Below, piece after piece: positions 9,923 through 18,878 of a stretch of 32,091 nucleotides of DNA. The position numbers were made by a program, and so were the translations under genes. Origin of the DNA: an uncultured ANME-1 euryarchaeote (GTDB lineage Archaea > Halobacteriota > Syntropharchaeia > Alkanophagales > Methanospirareceae); assembly GCA_965195275.1 (NCBI GenBank), contig CBDAFQ010000174.1, positions 1 to 32,091 of the forward strand, written 5' to 3'. The notes beneath the pieces were generated by a model that had not been told where the DNA came from, made no database searches, and saw only the letters and a program-made list of their open reading frames with translations. How positions within the stretch are numbered: the stretch's first letter is position 1; the number at the start of each line of letters is the position of its first letter.

Positions 9923-11089
9923 CTAAACACTGTTCAAGATTCCGCCAATTAAAATAGCAATTACAATAGGATAGAAGACCGCAGAGATACCAAAACTGTC
10001 GCTCACCAAACCCAGGAGGAGAGGCGAAATAGACCCGACACCGAATCCCGCCAGCAGCAAGAACCCAAACGCTATTCCTGCCCTTGACGGCTCTATTTCC
10101 TTGCCCACTGAGGATATTATAGCAGAGAGAACAGTGGGTAAAATCACACCTGCAAGTGCTAAAGTAAGAATAGCCCAGAATAAAGGAAGAAAGGCAAGAA
10201 TGAAAAATAGCGGCGCCGTGAGAAAAAAACCAATAGCCATTACCTTTCGCTCGCCTAGGAGGTCAGAGAAATGCCCACCAATAACTTTACCTATCGCGCC
10301 ACCCGCTGTAAAAACGCATATTAGCGTTACTGCAAGCGCAGGGCCCAACCCTCTTGCTTCATCGAGGAAAATTGGTATGAAAGTCAATACACCAACGAAA
10401 ACAAACCCAAATATGCACTCAGTTAGGTAAACCTTTCTTATCGAACCGGTTCTTATGATTTGGCGAAGAAAAACTAGTAGGTCATTTACATTGGATTGCC
10501 CCTCTCTGCTTTGCTTCTCTCGCCCACATTTCACGCCACTTTGAACTCCAATAAGTAAAATAGCGAGAACAATCGCAGGAATTGCCAAAACCGGGTATAC
10601 GAAACGCCAGCCGTAGTAGAGACAAATAAATCCTGCTATTAATGGTGCTATGGCACCCCCTATGCTCGCTCCGATCTCATGCACGCCATAGGCTTTCCCG
10701 CGTTTGTCCCCGAAAGATTTCGCGATATATGATAGAGCTGCGGGATGGTATAAACTGAGAAGAAAACCAATGGCGATGAAAATAACGGCAACCGATAAAA
10801 AATTCGGCACTATGAGTAAAAAAGCAGAGAGAATGGCAGTGGAGAAGAATCCGATACATATCAGCTTTATTCCATCAGATCTATCTGATAGCATGCCCGA
10901 AGGTATGCCGCCAAATCCGATAGCTGCTGCGAATGCAAAAGAAAGCAGTCCTACCGTGGTGTTAGATAATTGAAACTCATCCTTTACTAAAAGAGATAGT
11001 GCGGGTAGTGCAGTAGCCAGGATGTGCATCAAACCATGTGATGCACTTAAAGGTAAAAGAGTAAGTCCGGTCTTCTTTACGGTTTTCAT
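9923..11089 (-). CDS. MFS transporter
   Basis: About 12 hydrophobic segments; motif A-like GMLSDRSDG and GHFSDLLGERK. ATG at 11089 with SD-like AAGGAAGTGAG; the longer ORF-track start would overlap cooT. Confidence 0.92.
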   Translation of the reverse strand: MKTVKKTGLTLLPLSASHGLMHILATALPALSLLVKDEFQLSNTTVGLLSFAFAAAIGFGGIPSGMLSDRSDGIKLICIGFFSTAILSAFLLIVPNFLSVAVIFIAIGFLLSLYHPAALSYIAKSFGDKRGKAYGVHEIGASIGGAIAPLIAGFICLYYGWRFVYPVLAIPAIVLAILLIGVQSGVKCGREKQSREGQSNVNDLLVFLRQIIRTGSIRKVYLTECIFGFVFVGVLTFIPIFLDEARGLGPALAVTLICVFTAGGAIGKVIGGHFSDLLGERKVMAIGFFLTAPLFFILAFLPLFWAILTLALAGVILPTVLSAIISSVGKEIEPSRAGIAFGFLLLAGFGVGSISPLLLGLVSDSFGISAVFYPIVIAILIGGILNSV

Positions 11090-11132
11090 CTCACTTCCTT
11101 TTTTATGATGCGTGCTAATACATACATGTATC

Positions 11133-11321
11133 ATGTGCGAATCAAGTGTGCTAATAGAAAGCGGAAGCGGTAGAGAATTACTTATGGAGGACGTGGTTCT
11201 GATAGAAATAGATGGAGAAGATATAAAGCTCCGGGGGATATTAGGCGAGACCAAAAACACAAAGGGACTGATAAAGGAAATCAATCTGATGTCGCATACC
11301 GTTGTGATAGAACGTGTTTAG
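11133..11321 (+). CDS. cooT: CooT-family nickel-binding protein
   Basis: MCESSV...ELLMEDV...ILGE...INLMSHTV: the Cys2 and C-terminal His pattern of CooT; 62 aa. Confidence 0.8.
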   Translation: MCESSVLIESGSGRELLMEDVVLIEIDGEDIKLRGILGETKNTKGLIKEINLMSHTVVIERV

Positions 11322-11356
11322 AATTTACAGCACCGGATATTGAGCAATTACAACGT

Positions 11357-12580
11357 TCACGCTATACTCCCTGCACCGATCAAATGCCATCGAGCACCTA
11401 TCTTCATCCCGATAGCCACTAAAGCGCCCTTTTCTGCACATATCGGTCTGCTCAGAGCCACATCAATAGTGTCCTTAGTCACCCTTTTCACTAAGCCCAT
11501 GGTGATTGCGGTTCCGATACTCAGCATTACATACTCGCGCACTTTAATCGCCTTAACCTCCACCTCCTTTGCTACACCAACAACGCGTTTCAAAAGATGA
11601 AAATTTATACTGAGTTCATTCCATGTTGGTGGCAAAGAGCCTGGATTACCTACACACTGACCCACTAAAGTGTCCTCCCTCGTCATGCCCGGGTCCAACT
11701 TTGTGCCGATGCCGATTAATCCACCAGGAGTCACCGCTTCTACTTGATCGCCACCCACTATTATCGAGGTTATCTCGGTTTCTATTGGTATCCACTCTTC
11801 TTTGCCTTTAGTTGACACTTTTCTTCCAGGTTTTATTTCTAATTTGTCATCTGCACTCAACCTACCCAGAAGTAGAGAACCGCCGATTACACCACCCTTT
11901 AGGGCTTTTATTGGCGTTCCGGGCTTATTCACATCGAAGGAACGTGCAATGTGCATCCTCGGTGCTATATCAAAGGAACGTTGCGGTGTGGGTATCGTTT
12001 TTTCTATAGCCTGTATCAGCACATCAACATTTGCTGATTGCTGTGCCGCGATAGGCACAATAGGTGCATTTTCCGCTATTGTACCCTTTAAAAACTCCTT
12101 TATTTGTGTATAATGCTCTATTGCCTCTTCACGCGAAACAAGGTCTATTTTATTCTGCGCGATTACGATTTTATCTATGCCTATTACGTTTAGGGCCATC
12201 AGGTGCTCCTTTGTCTGTGGTTGGGGACATGGCTCGGTAGCAGCAATAAGAAGAACAGCACCATCCATTATCGCTGCACCGCTCAGCATAGTCGCCATTA
12301 ACGCTTCATGCCCCGGAGAGTCAACAAAAGAAACAGTTCGCAGCTCTTCCGTCTTCGAGCCACAAAGCTTACATATCTCTTCCACCGTGTAGCAATCCGG
12401 CTCGTTACAAGCCGGGCATCGCCTGAATGTAGCGTCTGCATAGCCTAGTCTTATTGATATACCTCTCTTGACCTCCTCGCTGTGTCTGTCAGTCCATTCG
12501 CCAGACAGAGCGTTCACTAAGGTCGTCTTACCATGATCTACGTGTCCTACCATTCCTATGTTCACCGAAGGCTTAGTCAG
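11357..12580 (-). CDS. eif2g: Translation initiation factor 2 subunit gamma (aIF2-gamma); probable CTG start at 12580
   Basis: [26 protein letters not shown], Zn knuckle [26 protein letters not shown]. No ATG/GTG/TTG between GTG 12565 and the in-frame upstream stop at 12620-12622. AAGGAGG lies 8 nt before CTG. Confidence 0.97.
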   Translation of the reverse strand: MTKPSVNIGMVGHVDHGKTTLVNALSGEWTDRHSEEVKRGISIRLGYADATFRRCPACNEPDCYTVEEICKLCGSKTEELRTVSFVDSPGHEALMATMLSGAAIMDGAVLLIAATEPCPQPQTKEHLMALNVIGIDKIVIAQNKIDLVSREEAIEHYTQIKEFLKGTIAENAPIVPIAAQQSANVDVLIQAIEKTIPTPQRSFDIAPRMHIARSFDVNKPGTPIKALKGGVIGGSLLLGRLSADDKLEIKPGRKVSTKGKEEWIPIETEITSIIVGGDQVEAVTPGGLIGIGTKLDPGMTREDTLVGQCVGNPGSLPPTWNELSINFHLLKRVVGVAKEVEVKAIKVREYVMLSIGTAITMGLVKRVTKDTIDVALSRPICAEKGALVAIGMKIGARWHLIGAGSIA

Positions 12581-12588
12581 TTTCTTTT

Positions 12589-12595
12589 CCTCCTT
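12589..12595 (-). promoter_or_regulatory. Shine-Dalgarno AAGGAGG of eif2g
   Basis: Minus strand reads AAGGAGG-AAAAGAAA-CTG ACT AAG CCT TCG GTG AAC. Confidence 0.75.
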
Positions 12596-12747
12596 CTTTT
12601 GATTGGGTTTAACGGTTGCTTACTCCCCGACAACTTACACTCGCTAACTCTTTTATCTTCACTTTCTTTATTTATTTATATGCACCCTTAATAAAAGATT
12701 TCTTTTGTAAAGCTTTCTTTATTAATGAACTGTTTGTGGTGATGGGA

Positions 12748-13884
12748 ATGGAATTTGAATTAAAAGAGAGTGAGAAGGCGTTTCAGCGCATATCGAGGCA
12801 GTTTGCAGAGACAGAGATAATGCCAAGAGCGGCCGAGATAGACAAAAAAGGGAAGTTCCCCCGAGATTTAGTGAAGAGAATGGCCGAGCTAAAACTTTAT
12901 GGTATTCCTTTTCCACGAGAATACGGCGGTGCAAGTGCTACGATGGCAAGCTATGTAGCTGTGGTCGAAGAGCTTTCAAGAGCAAGTGCAAGCATTGGTT
13001 TTCTAAGCTCTGCAGGGCTCATCACTATATTCCCCATCTACTACGCAGGTACAGAGGAGCAGAAACAGAAATATCTCAGGCCCCTGTGTGAAGGTACGAA
13101 GTTGGGTGCTTTCGCTTTAACCGAGCCCAGTGCAGGTTCCGATCCCACCGCTATTGATACAAATGCTGTTCATGAAGGTGATGAATATCTGCTGAACGGT
13201 AGAAAGGCGTATATCACGAATACCTCTGTTGCAGATATATACATAGTTTTTGCATATACTGATAAGGGCAAAAAAAGGGGCGGGATGAGTGCTTTCATCG
13301 TGGAGAAAGGGACAAAAGGCTTCTCTTTTTCGGGCATCGACGATATGCTGGGCATGCGTGGTTGTATTGTTGGCGGGTTGAAGTTCAATGATTGTAGAGT
13401 CCCCGAGGAGAACTTGCTTGGCAGCGAAGGCGACGGATTCAAAATAGCGATGGGTACTCTGGACAGAGATAGAATAGCAATGAGTAGCGTTGGGGTCGGC
13501 ATTACTCAAGCTTGCCTGGACATCTCCAAGAAGTATGCAAAAGAGCGAAGACAATCATCACAACCAATTGCTAATTTCCAGGCAGTTCAATTTATGCTCG
13601 CAGACATGGCGGTGGAAGTAGAAGCAGCGAGATTACTCACCTACAAAGCGGCTCATCTCGCGGATAAAGGCGAGAAGATCACAAAATATGCTTCAATTGC
13701 TAAGCTCTATGCCTCAGAAGTTGCGCAAAGAGCCGCTACAAACGCAGTGCAAATACATGGCGGTTATGGCTGCACGAAGGAATGCCCTGCGGAACGGTAT
13801 TATCGAGATGTGAAGATACTTAGCATTGCTGTTGGCACTTCGGAGATACAGAGACTGGTGATAGCGCGGGACGAGTTACTATGA
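12748..13884 (+). CDS. Acyl-CoA dehydrogenase family protein (atypical active site)
   Basis: GAFALTEPSAGSD, LNGRKAYITN, FIVEKGTKG, LGMRG, QIHGGYG, ERYYRD, GTSEIQRLVIAR. Start at ATG 12748 (or 12742) after GGTGA. Confidence 0.93.
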   Translation: MEFELKESEKAFQRISRQFAETEIMPRAAEIDKKGKFPRDLVKRMAELKLYGIPFPREYGGASATMASYVAVVEELSRASASIGFLSSAGLITIFPIYYAGTEEQKQKYLRPLCEGTKLGAFALTEPSAGSDPTAIDTNAVHEGDEYLLNGRKAYITNTSVADIYIVFAYTDKGKKRGGMSAFIVEKGTKGFSFSGIDDMLGMRGCIVGGLKFNDCRVPEENLLGSEGDGFKIAMGTLDRDRIAMSSVGVGITQACLDISKKYAKERRQSSQPIANFQAVQFMLADMAVEVEAARLLTYKAAHLADKGEKITKYASIAKLYASEVAQRAATNAVQIHGGYGCTKECPAERYYRDVKILSIAVGTSEIQRLVIARDELL

Positions 13885-13929
13885 AACAGCACTCTATAAA
13901 AGAGACTATTCACAACTCTTTTCAAGACA

Positions 13930-13990
13930 AGAAAGCATAATATCCAACTAAAAATAATTATTGACACAGATTAACGCAGATTAACGTAGA
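13930..13990 (+). repeat. Dispersed repeat copy 1 (left arm only)
   Basis: AGAAAGCATAATATCCAACTAAAAATAATTATTGACACAGATTAACGCAGATTAACGTAGA is near-identical to 18879-18939. Confidence 0.85.
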
Positions 13991-13999
13991 GGAATGTGT

Positions 14000-14920
14000 T
14001 TATTTTGATATTTCGAGCATCCGCTCAATAGGTTTCCTCGCCTTATCCATAATTTCTTTCTTAACAACAACTTCGGGCTTCTCATTCTCTAATGCCGCTT
14101 CTATCTTCGCCAAAGTGTGTATCTTCATCTGCGGACAGACTGCGGTATCGGAGATTGGATAAAATTTCTTTCCCGGCAATTCCTTCTTGAGCCTATGCAG
14201 TAGTCCGATCTCTGTGCCTATCAAGAATTCCGTATCCGTTACCTCCTTGCAAATTTTCACCATGCCACTCGTTGAAGTGATGTAATCTGCGCTGTCTTGA
14301 ACTTCGGGGATGCACTCGGGATGAACGGCGATTTTAGCTCTGGGATGCGCGTCCTTCGCACTCATCAAATCCTCTAATGCTATCTGATGATGCGATGGGC
14401 AGAGCCCGTGTTCGGGCACCGGAATAATCCGTTTCGAGGTTGCCTTTTGTGCGTGATATGCTAAATTGTGGTCAGGACCAAATAGGATAGTTGATGTGTC
14501 CATAGCCATGACTATCTCCTGAGCATTTGCTGAGGTGCAGATGCAGTCTGCAAGTGCCTTACTTTCTGCAAGTGTGTTTACGTATAGTACAACCTCGGCG
14601 TTAGGATGCTCTCGCTTTGCTACACGTAAATCATCTGCCGGTAATTGCTGTGCCATTGGGCATATCGCACCGGTATCAGGAATAAAAACTCTTTTATCTG
14701 GATTCAGTATCGCCGCGGTTTCTGCCATGAAATCAACGCCGCAGAAGATTATAATATCTGAGGTCGTATCTACAGCCTTCCTCGCAAGCTCTAAGGAGTC
14801 GCCAACAAACTCCGCTATGTCCTGAACCTCTGCCCTCTGGTAGTTATGAGCTAAAATTATTGCGTTTTTTCTGCGCTTTAACCTTTCTATCCGCACTACG
14901 TACCCTTTCCACTTGTCCAT
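14000..14920 (-). CDS. nadA: Quinolinate synthase A
   Basis: ILAHNYQ, VGDSLEL, FCGVDFMAETA, CPMA, YVNT, CTSAN, HPEC, CPQMK (three Fe-S cysteines). Confidence 0.97.
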   Translation of the reverse strand: MDKWKGYVVRIERLKRRKNAIILAHNYQRAEVQDIAEFVGDSLELARKAVDTTSDIIIFCGVDFMAETAAILNPDKRVFIPDTGAICPMAQQLPADDLRVAKREHPNAEVVLYVNTLAESKALADCICTSANAQEIVMAMDTSTILFGPDHNLAYHAQKATSKRIIPVPEHGLCPSHHQIALEDLMSAKDAHPRAKIAVHPECIPEVQDSADYITSTSGMVKICKEVTDTEFLIGTEIGLLHRLKKELPGKKFYPISDTAVCPQMKIHTLAKIEAALENEKPEVVVKKEIMDKARKPIERMLEISK

Positions 14921-14955
14921 CTAATTATATATTCAATCTGATTAAATTAATCTTT

Positions 14956-15360
14956 TCACTTGACAATCGCTCTCAGTATATCACTCGCAGATATTATCCC
15001 TATGGGTACGCCGGGTGCGGGACTTAGAGAGAGTACTAATAATCTATGTATGTTCAAATCCTTCATAGTATCTGCGGCTTTCCTTAGCGTTGTTTCCGGG
15101 TCTATTGCCCTTACGAAGTGGGACATAACCGCCTCTGCCGTTAAGCTGCCCCAATCCTTGTCCATGACTTTTATGATGTCCATCTCTGATATAACACCCA
15201 CTGCCTCGTTATCGGGCGCAGTTACCGCAATGCCGGATATGTCCTTCCTCACCAGGATTTTGACAATTTCATTCACTGGCGTGTCGTGCGCTACAGTAAT
15301 AACACCTCGCGTCATCACCTCTCTTACCTTCTTCTCTTTTGATGTATCCATTTCAACCAT
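14956..15360 (-). CDS. CBS domain-containing protein (stand-alone pair)
   Basis: VREVMTRGVITV, VGVISEMDI, IHRLLV, IGIISASDIL. Confidence 0.9.
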   Translation of the reverse strand: MVEMDTSKEKKVREVMTRGVITVAHDTPVNEIVKILVRKDISGIAVTAPDNEAVGVISEMDIIKVMDKDWGSLTAEAVMSHFVRAIDPETTLRKAADTMKDLNIHRLLVLSLSPAPGVPIGIISASDILRAIVK

Positions 15361-15400
15361 CTATTTGTCTTTTTTCTATTTTTTGTTGTTATATATAAAA

Positions 15401-15512
15401 TATGACTTCTACCCATAAATAAATTTAATTTGTGACACCGATTTACACGGATTTAATTTTTTCTGCGTTAATCTGCGTTAATCTGTGTCAATAATTAATT
15501 TTCTTGATTATA
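15401..15512 (-). repeat. Dispersed repeat copy 2 (complete ~110-bp hairpin element, MITE/REP-like)
   Basis: Reverse complement aligns end to end with 20938-21046. Core GACACAGATTAACGCAGATT pairs imperfectly with AATCCGTGTAAATCGGTGTC. Confidence 0.85.
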
Positions 15513-15607
15513 CCACCTATTAGTAGTTGTAATATCTATGTGTTTGAGTGCAGATACTTAAAAGTTTAAGCGTGGTTTTTAAATATTATCCACCCCTGTA
15601 TCCAAAT

Positions 15608-16054
15608 ATGACAACCGAACAAATGAAGGGTATCTACGTGCTAATATTAGAAAACCATGCCGATAGTGAGGTAGAGATAGGCAAAATGGGTGGTATAGAG
15701 TTCAAAAAAGGTTTTTATGCATATGTCGGCTCTGCTCTTTCGGGATTGGAGCAGAGAGTAGGTAGACACTTGCGTGTGACGCGCAAGAAATTGCACTGGC
15801 ATATCGATTACTTCCTGGCGAGCCCGGGGGTAGAAGTAAGAGAAGTTATATTCGCAGAAACGGTCGAGCGGAAAGAATGCGAAATAGCTGCGAACTTGCA
15901 CCTAAAAAGCATAAAAAATTTCGGATGCTCGGATTGCGCATGTAGAAGTCATTTGTTCTTTTCTACCTGCTTAACCGAGCTAAAAGAAGATGTTTACAAT
16001 AGCTTTCACGTTGTTGTAGAACACTTCCGTGCTACAAAGATAAACCCTGTATGA
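15608..16054 (+). CDS. DUF123 / GIY-YIG-like endonuclease family protein
   Basis: KGIYVL, GFYAYVGSA, RVGRH, KKLHWHIDY, ECEIA, FGCSDCACRSHL. Start 15608 or 15623; the 3' end overlaps trmI by 49 nt. Confidence 0.88.
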   Translation: MTTEQMKGIYVLILENHADSEVEIGKMGGIEFKKGFYAYVGSALSGLEQRVGRHLRVTRKKLHWHIDYFLASPGVEVREVIFAETVERKECEIAANLHLKSIKNFGCSDCACRSHLFFSTCLTELKEDVYNSFHVVVEHFRATKINPV

Positions 16055-16812
16055 GCAATCATTTTATGCTCTGGTCGCATGCTTCTACCCTTTATCTCCC
16101 ATCCCCTCATGCTAAGCTCATAAATACCTATCATACGAAAGCTTCGCCCATATTTCGTTTCCAACCGTTTCGATAGCTTGAAGATCTGCAGTACAGTGGG
16201 ATTATAGCAAAGGAGTATTCCACCGCTTCTAAGCGATTGTTCTACGTGCTTTAACGCTCTCCAGGGCTCTTTGAGGTCTAATATTATTCTATCCAAATCG
16301 CTTTCTTCTATCCCTTCATAGATGTCCCGCTCCTTTAATTCCCACGTTCCCGGTTTTCTGGCAATCCCTACCTGCTCGAAGAAAGTTTCTATGTTGCTGT
16401 TTGCAATCGCTGCGAATTCATTCCGCCTTTCATACGAAATTACTTTCCCGTCCCTGCCCACAGCACGTAACAACGCTATCGTAAGTGCTCCTGAACCGGT
16501 TCCCGCCTCTAACACATTCGCACCCGGGAATATGTCGGCAAGCATCAGAATGGCACCTATGTCCTTGGGATAGATTATCTGCGAACCTTTCTTCATCCGA
16601 GATAGATATTCGGCTAAAGTTGGCCTAAGTACCAGAAGCTGTTCCTTGTAGGGCGATATTACAACACTGCCTTCTTCCAATCCAATTATGGAATCATGTA
16701 AAATCGTGCCTCTGGTGAAAGTGAAAGAGGAACCAGCTTTCAACAAGATAGGGTATCTTCTGCCCTTTTTGTCTAGCAAATGCACGAGTTCGCCTTCTTT
16801 TAGTCTTAACAT
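16006..16812 (-). CDS. trmI: tRNA (adenine-57/58-N1)-methyltransferase TrmI
   Basis: QIIYPKD, VLEAGTGSGALT, SYERR, ILDLKEPW, RPEHKMIAHTGF. Confidence 0.95.
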   Translation of the reverse strand: MLRLKEGELVHLLDKKGRRYPILLKAGSSFTFTRGTILHDSIIGLEEGSVVISPYKEQLLVLRPTLAEYLSRMKKGSQIIYPKDIGAILMLADIFPGANVLEAGTGSGALTIALLRAVGRDGKVISYERRNEFAAIANSNIETFFEQVGIARKPGTWELKERDIYEGIEESDLDRIILDLKEPWRALKHVEQSLRSGGILLCYNPTVLQIFKLSKRLETKYGRSFRMIGIYELSMRGWEIKGRSMRPEHKMIAHTGFIFVARKCSTTT

Positions 16813-16987
16813 TATGTCTATTTTGGGGTTGGTGTATAAAAAAGTACCCCATGTGATAGTTTCCCTGCTATAATTGTGGGGGGTAATCTAAAGTTTTAAA
16901 TATTTAACTACAATTACCCTTTTATCTCTATTGTCTCATTTAGTTTAGCTTGGCTAAAATCTTAGCTTTGGGAGAGGGGATAAAAGA

Positions 16988-18592
16988 ATGAAGATATTGC
17001 GGAAAGTTCTGAGTTGTTTTGTGGTGATTGCGATTTTAATGAGCACGATGCCAGCTTTTATACCGGGCGTTAATGCTGTACTTTGTCCATATGACTATAT
17101 GGGGACAGTAATTAGCAAGGACACAGAGAATAATACAATCTCTAATTTTACGATACATATAACGCCTATTATTACGAAAGTCCATAATCTCAACACAGGC
17201 GAAGATTTTGTAACAATTCAAGCTGCAATAGATGATCCTGAGACGTTAAATGGACATGTAATTAACGTTGATCCCGGCACGTACACAGCGAATGTAATTG
17301 TGAATAAATCTCTAACGATCAACTCAACTTCCGGAAATCCCGCGGATACTGTTGTTCTGGCTGCGAATCCAGACGCGGATGTCTTTAGTGTGTCTGCTGA
17401 TTATGTAAATATATGTGGGTTCACTGTGCAGGGTGCAGATGAATGGCTGAGAGCGGGTATACATCTCAATTCGACAAATAATTGCATTATAGCGAACAAT
17501 AATGTTTCGGACAATTTTTTTGGTTTCCTGTTGCGGAATTCTTCGAATAACTCCATCTATCATAACGGCATCATAAACAACACCAACCAGGCATACGATG
17601 ACACAGGTACTAACGCATGGAACAGAATTTATCCTTCTGGTGGTAATTATTGGGGAGATTACACCGAGAAATACAAAGCGGAGTATAACGGAGATCCTGA
17701 AGATAATTTATGTGGAACAAATCGGGATCAGATATGTGACGGCGATGGGATATGGGATAAGCCCTATAAGTGGATTGGCGATGATGCAAATGCAACGGAC
17801 AATTACCCGCTGGTGTCTCGGTATTGCTCGATACCCGCAGACAAATACCTGTTCATAGAGAAATGGACACAGTGGATAGTGGAAGTGTTAGACGGTGATT
17901 TTGGCCTTTGTATAGATTTTCCAACTTATTACTATAATGCTTCTGTGGGTGAACTTTATCCTTATAGTGTTTCAAGAGTCAGGGTGAACGACTCATTAGT
18001 GGGCATATACGGTAGTGGTACTTCATTGCACGTGATCAATGGAAGAGGAGGCGGCGCAGCTAGTGGACTTACCGGATTTTATAGCTGCCATTTTAACGAT
18101 TCCGAGTTGACAATCATGGCGATTTATGCTGCTGGTAGCGCGAAAATCATGTTTGGCACTGAGACAAGAGTACTCGAGCCGGGTGACAAATGGCATGAAA
18201 CAAAGGGTCCTGTAAAGCGAACCGAAGAAACAGGTGCTCTTATTAATGAGTCTTTCGTTACTGTGATAACGAATTTTGGGCTATGGGACAAATCTAAAAT
18301 CAAACTGCATGTCGTCATAAGTGATATCGTTAGCGATCCCGAGTTCTATGAAGGCCAAAAAGTAATAATAGGCGGCGAATACCGGGGCTGGGACTGCTCA
18401 GGATTAAGTGGGCCTCCTGTAACAAGGAGCGACTGGTGCGTTCGTGATGGGACGGGGATTATCTACGTAACAGGGAAGAGTTCGGGGTTAGATTATCCAG
18501 ATGATATAGGCGAAAGAGTGATTGTTACTGGTGTTGTCAGGGTCACAGAAAGAGATATTGTATATATTGAGGCAACGAGCATAGAGATATAA
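16988..18592 (+). CDS. Secreted/cell-surface mosaic protein: signal peptide, NosD/right-handed beta-helix, unknown domain, C-terminal OB-fold-like domain
   Basis: Hydrophobic N-terminus; TIQAAID...PGTY..NVIVNKSLTI; Asn-rich PbH1 repeats; GGNYWGDY; DNYPL; many NxS/T sequons; C-terminal VTRSDWCVRDGTGIIYV. Confidence 0.8.
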   Translation: MKILRKVLSCFVVIAILMSTMPAFIPGVNAVLCPYDYMGTVISKDTENNTISNFTIHITPIITKVHNLNTGEDFVTIQAAIDDPETLNGHVINVDPGTYTANVIVNKSLTINSTSGNPADTVVLAANPDADVFSVSADYVNICGFTVQGADEWLRAGIHLNSTNNCIIANNNVSDNFFGFLLRNSSNNSIYHNGIINNTNQAYDDTGTNAWNRIYPSGGNYWGDYTEKYKAEYNGDPEDNLCGTNRDQICDGDGIWDKPYKWIGDDANATDNYPLVSRYCSIPADKYLFIEKWTQWIVEVLDGDFGLCIDFPTYYYNASVGELYPYSVSRVRVNDSLVGIYGSGTSLHVINGRGGGAASGLTGFYSCHFNDSELTIMAIYAAGSAKIMFGTETRVLEPGDKWHETKGPVKRTEETGALINESFVTVITNFGLWDKSKIKLHVVISDIVSDPEFYEGQKVIIGGEYRGWDCSGLSGPPVTRSDWCVRDGTGIIYVTGKSSGLDYPDDIGERVIVTGVVRVTERDIVYIEATSIEI

Positions 18593-18852
18593 AAAACTGG
18601 ATTATTGATGAGCGAGCTAGTATCGAGCGGAACGAGACAGTGAAACCAGCGGTAAATGCGGTAGAAGGTATTCTACCGCCTGTCGAGCTGGGTAGGTGGG
18701 AGCGGCAATCAATACCGCTGCAGGTTTCTGAACAGTATAAAGCGCTATTCCGTGCCTTTAGCAGTTATTTCGAGGATGAAATGAACGCTATTGGCGATGA
18801 TACTCTGGGTCAAGAGCTTGATATTTTGGATATGCTTACGGGATACGAATAA
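18592..18852 (+). pseudogene. Probable 3' remnant of a larger gene (resembles the C-terminus of archaeal vWA-domain proteins)
   Basis: The frame is open upstream of GTG 18640 (KNWIIDER...) and continues LGRWERQSIPL.V...Y...F..F..YFEDEM.AIGD.TL.QE..IL. I recall this pattern as the tail of vWA-domain proteins; no N-terminal part is present. Confidence 0.5.
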
Positions 18853-18878
18853 AAGGGTGTATTTGTATAGCAAAACGA

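Noticed and set aside
11090-11284. 65-aa N-terminal extension of the MFS ORF
   Set aside because: It is the antisense shadow of cooT; a better start with SD exists at 11089.
12616-12747. Hydrophobic N-terminal extension of the acyl-CoA dehydrogenase
   Set aside because: Translation of T-rich intergenic/promoter DNA; family similarity begins at MEFEL.
16006-16054. 49-nt convergent overlap of DUF123 and trmI as antisense regulation
   Set aside because: Short 3' overlaps are common in compact archaeal genomes, and the overlapping tail is unconserved-looking.
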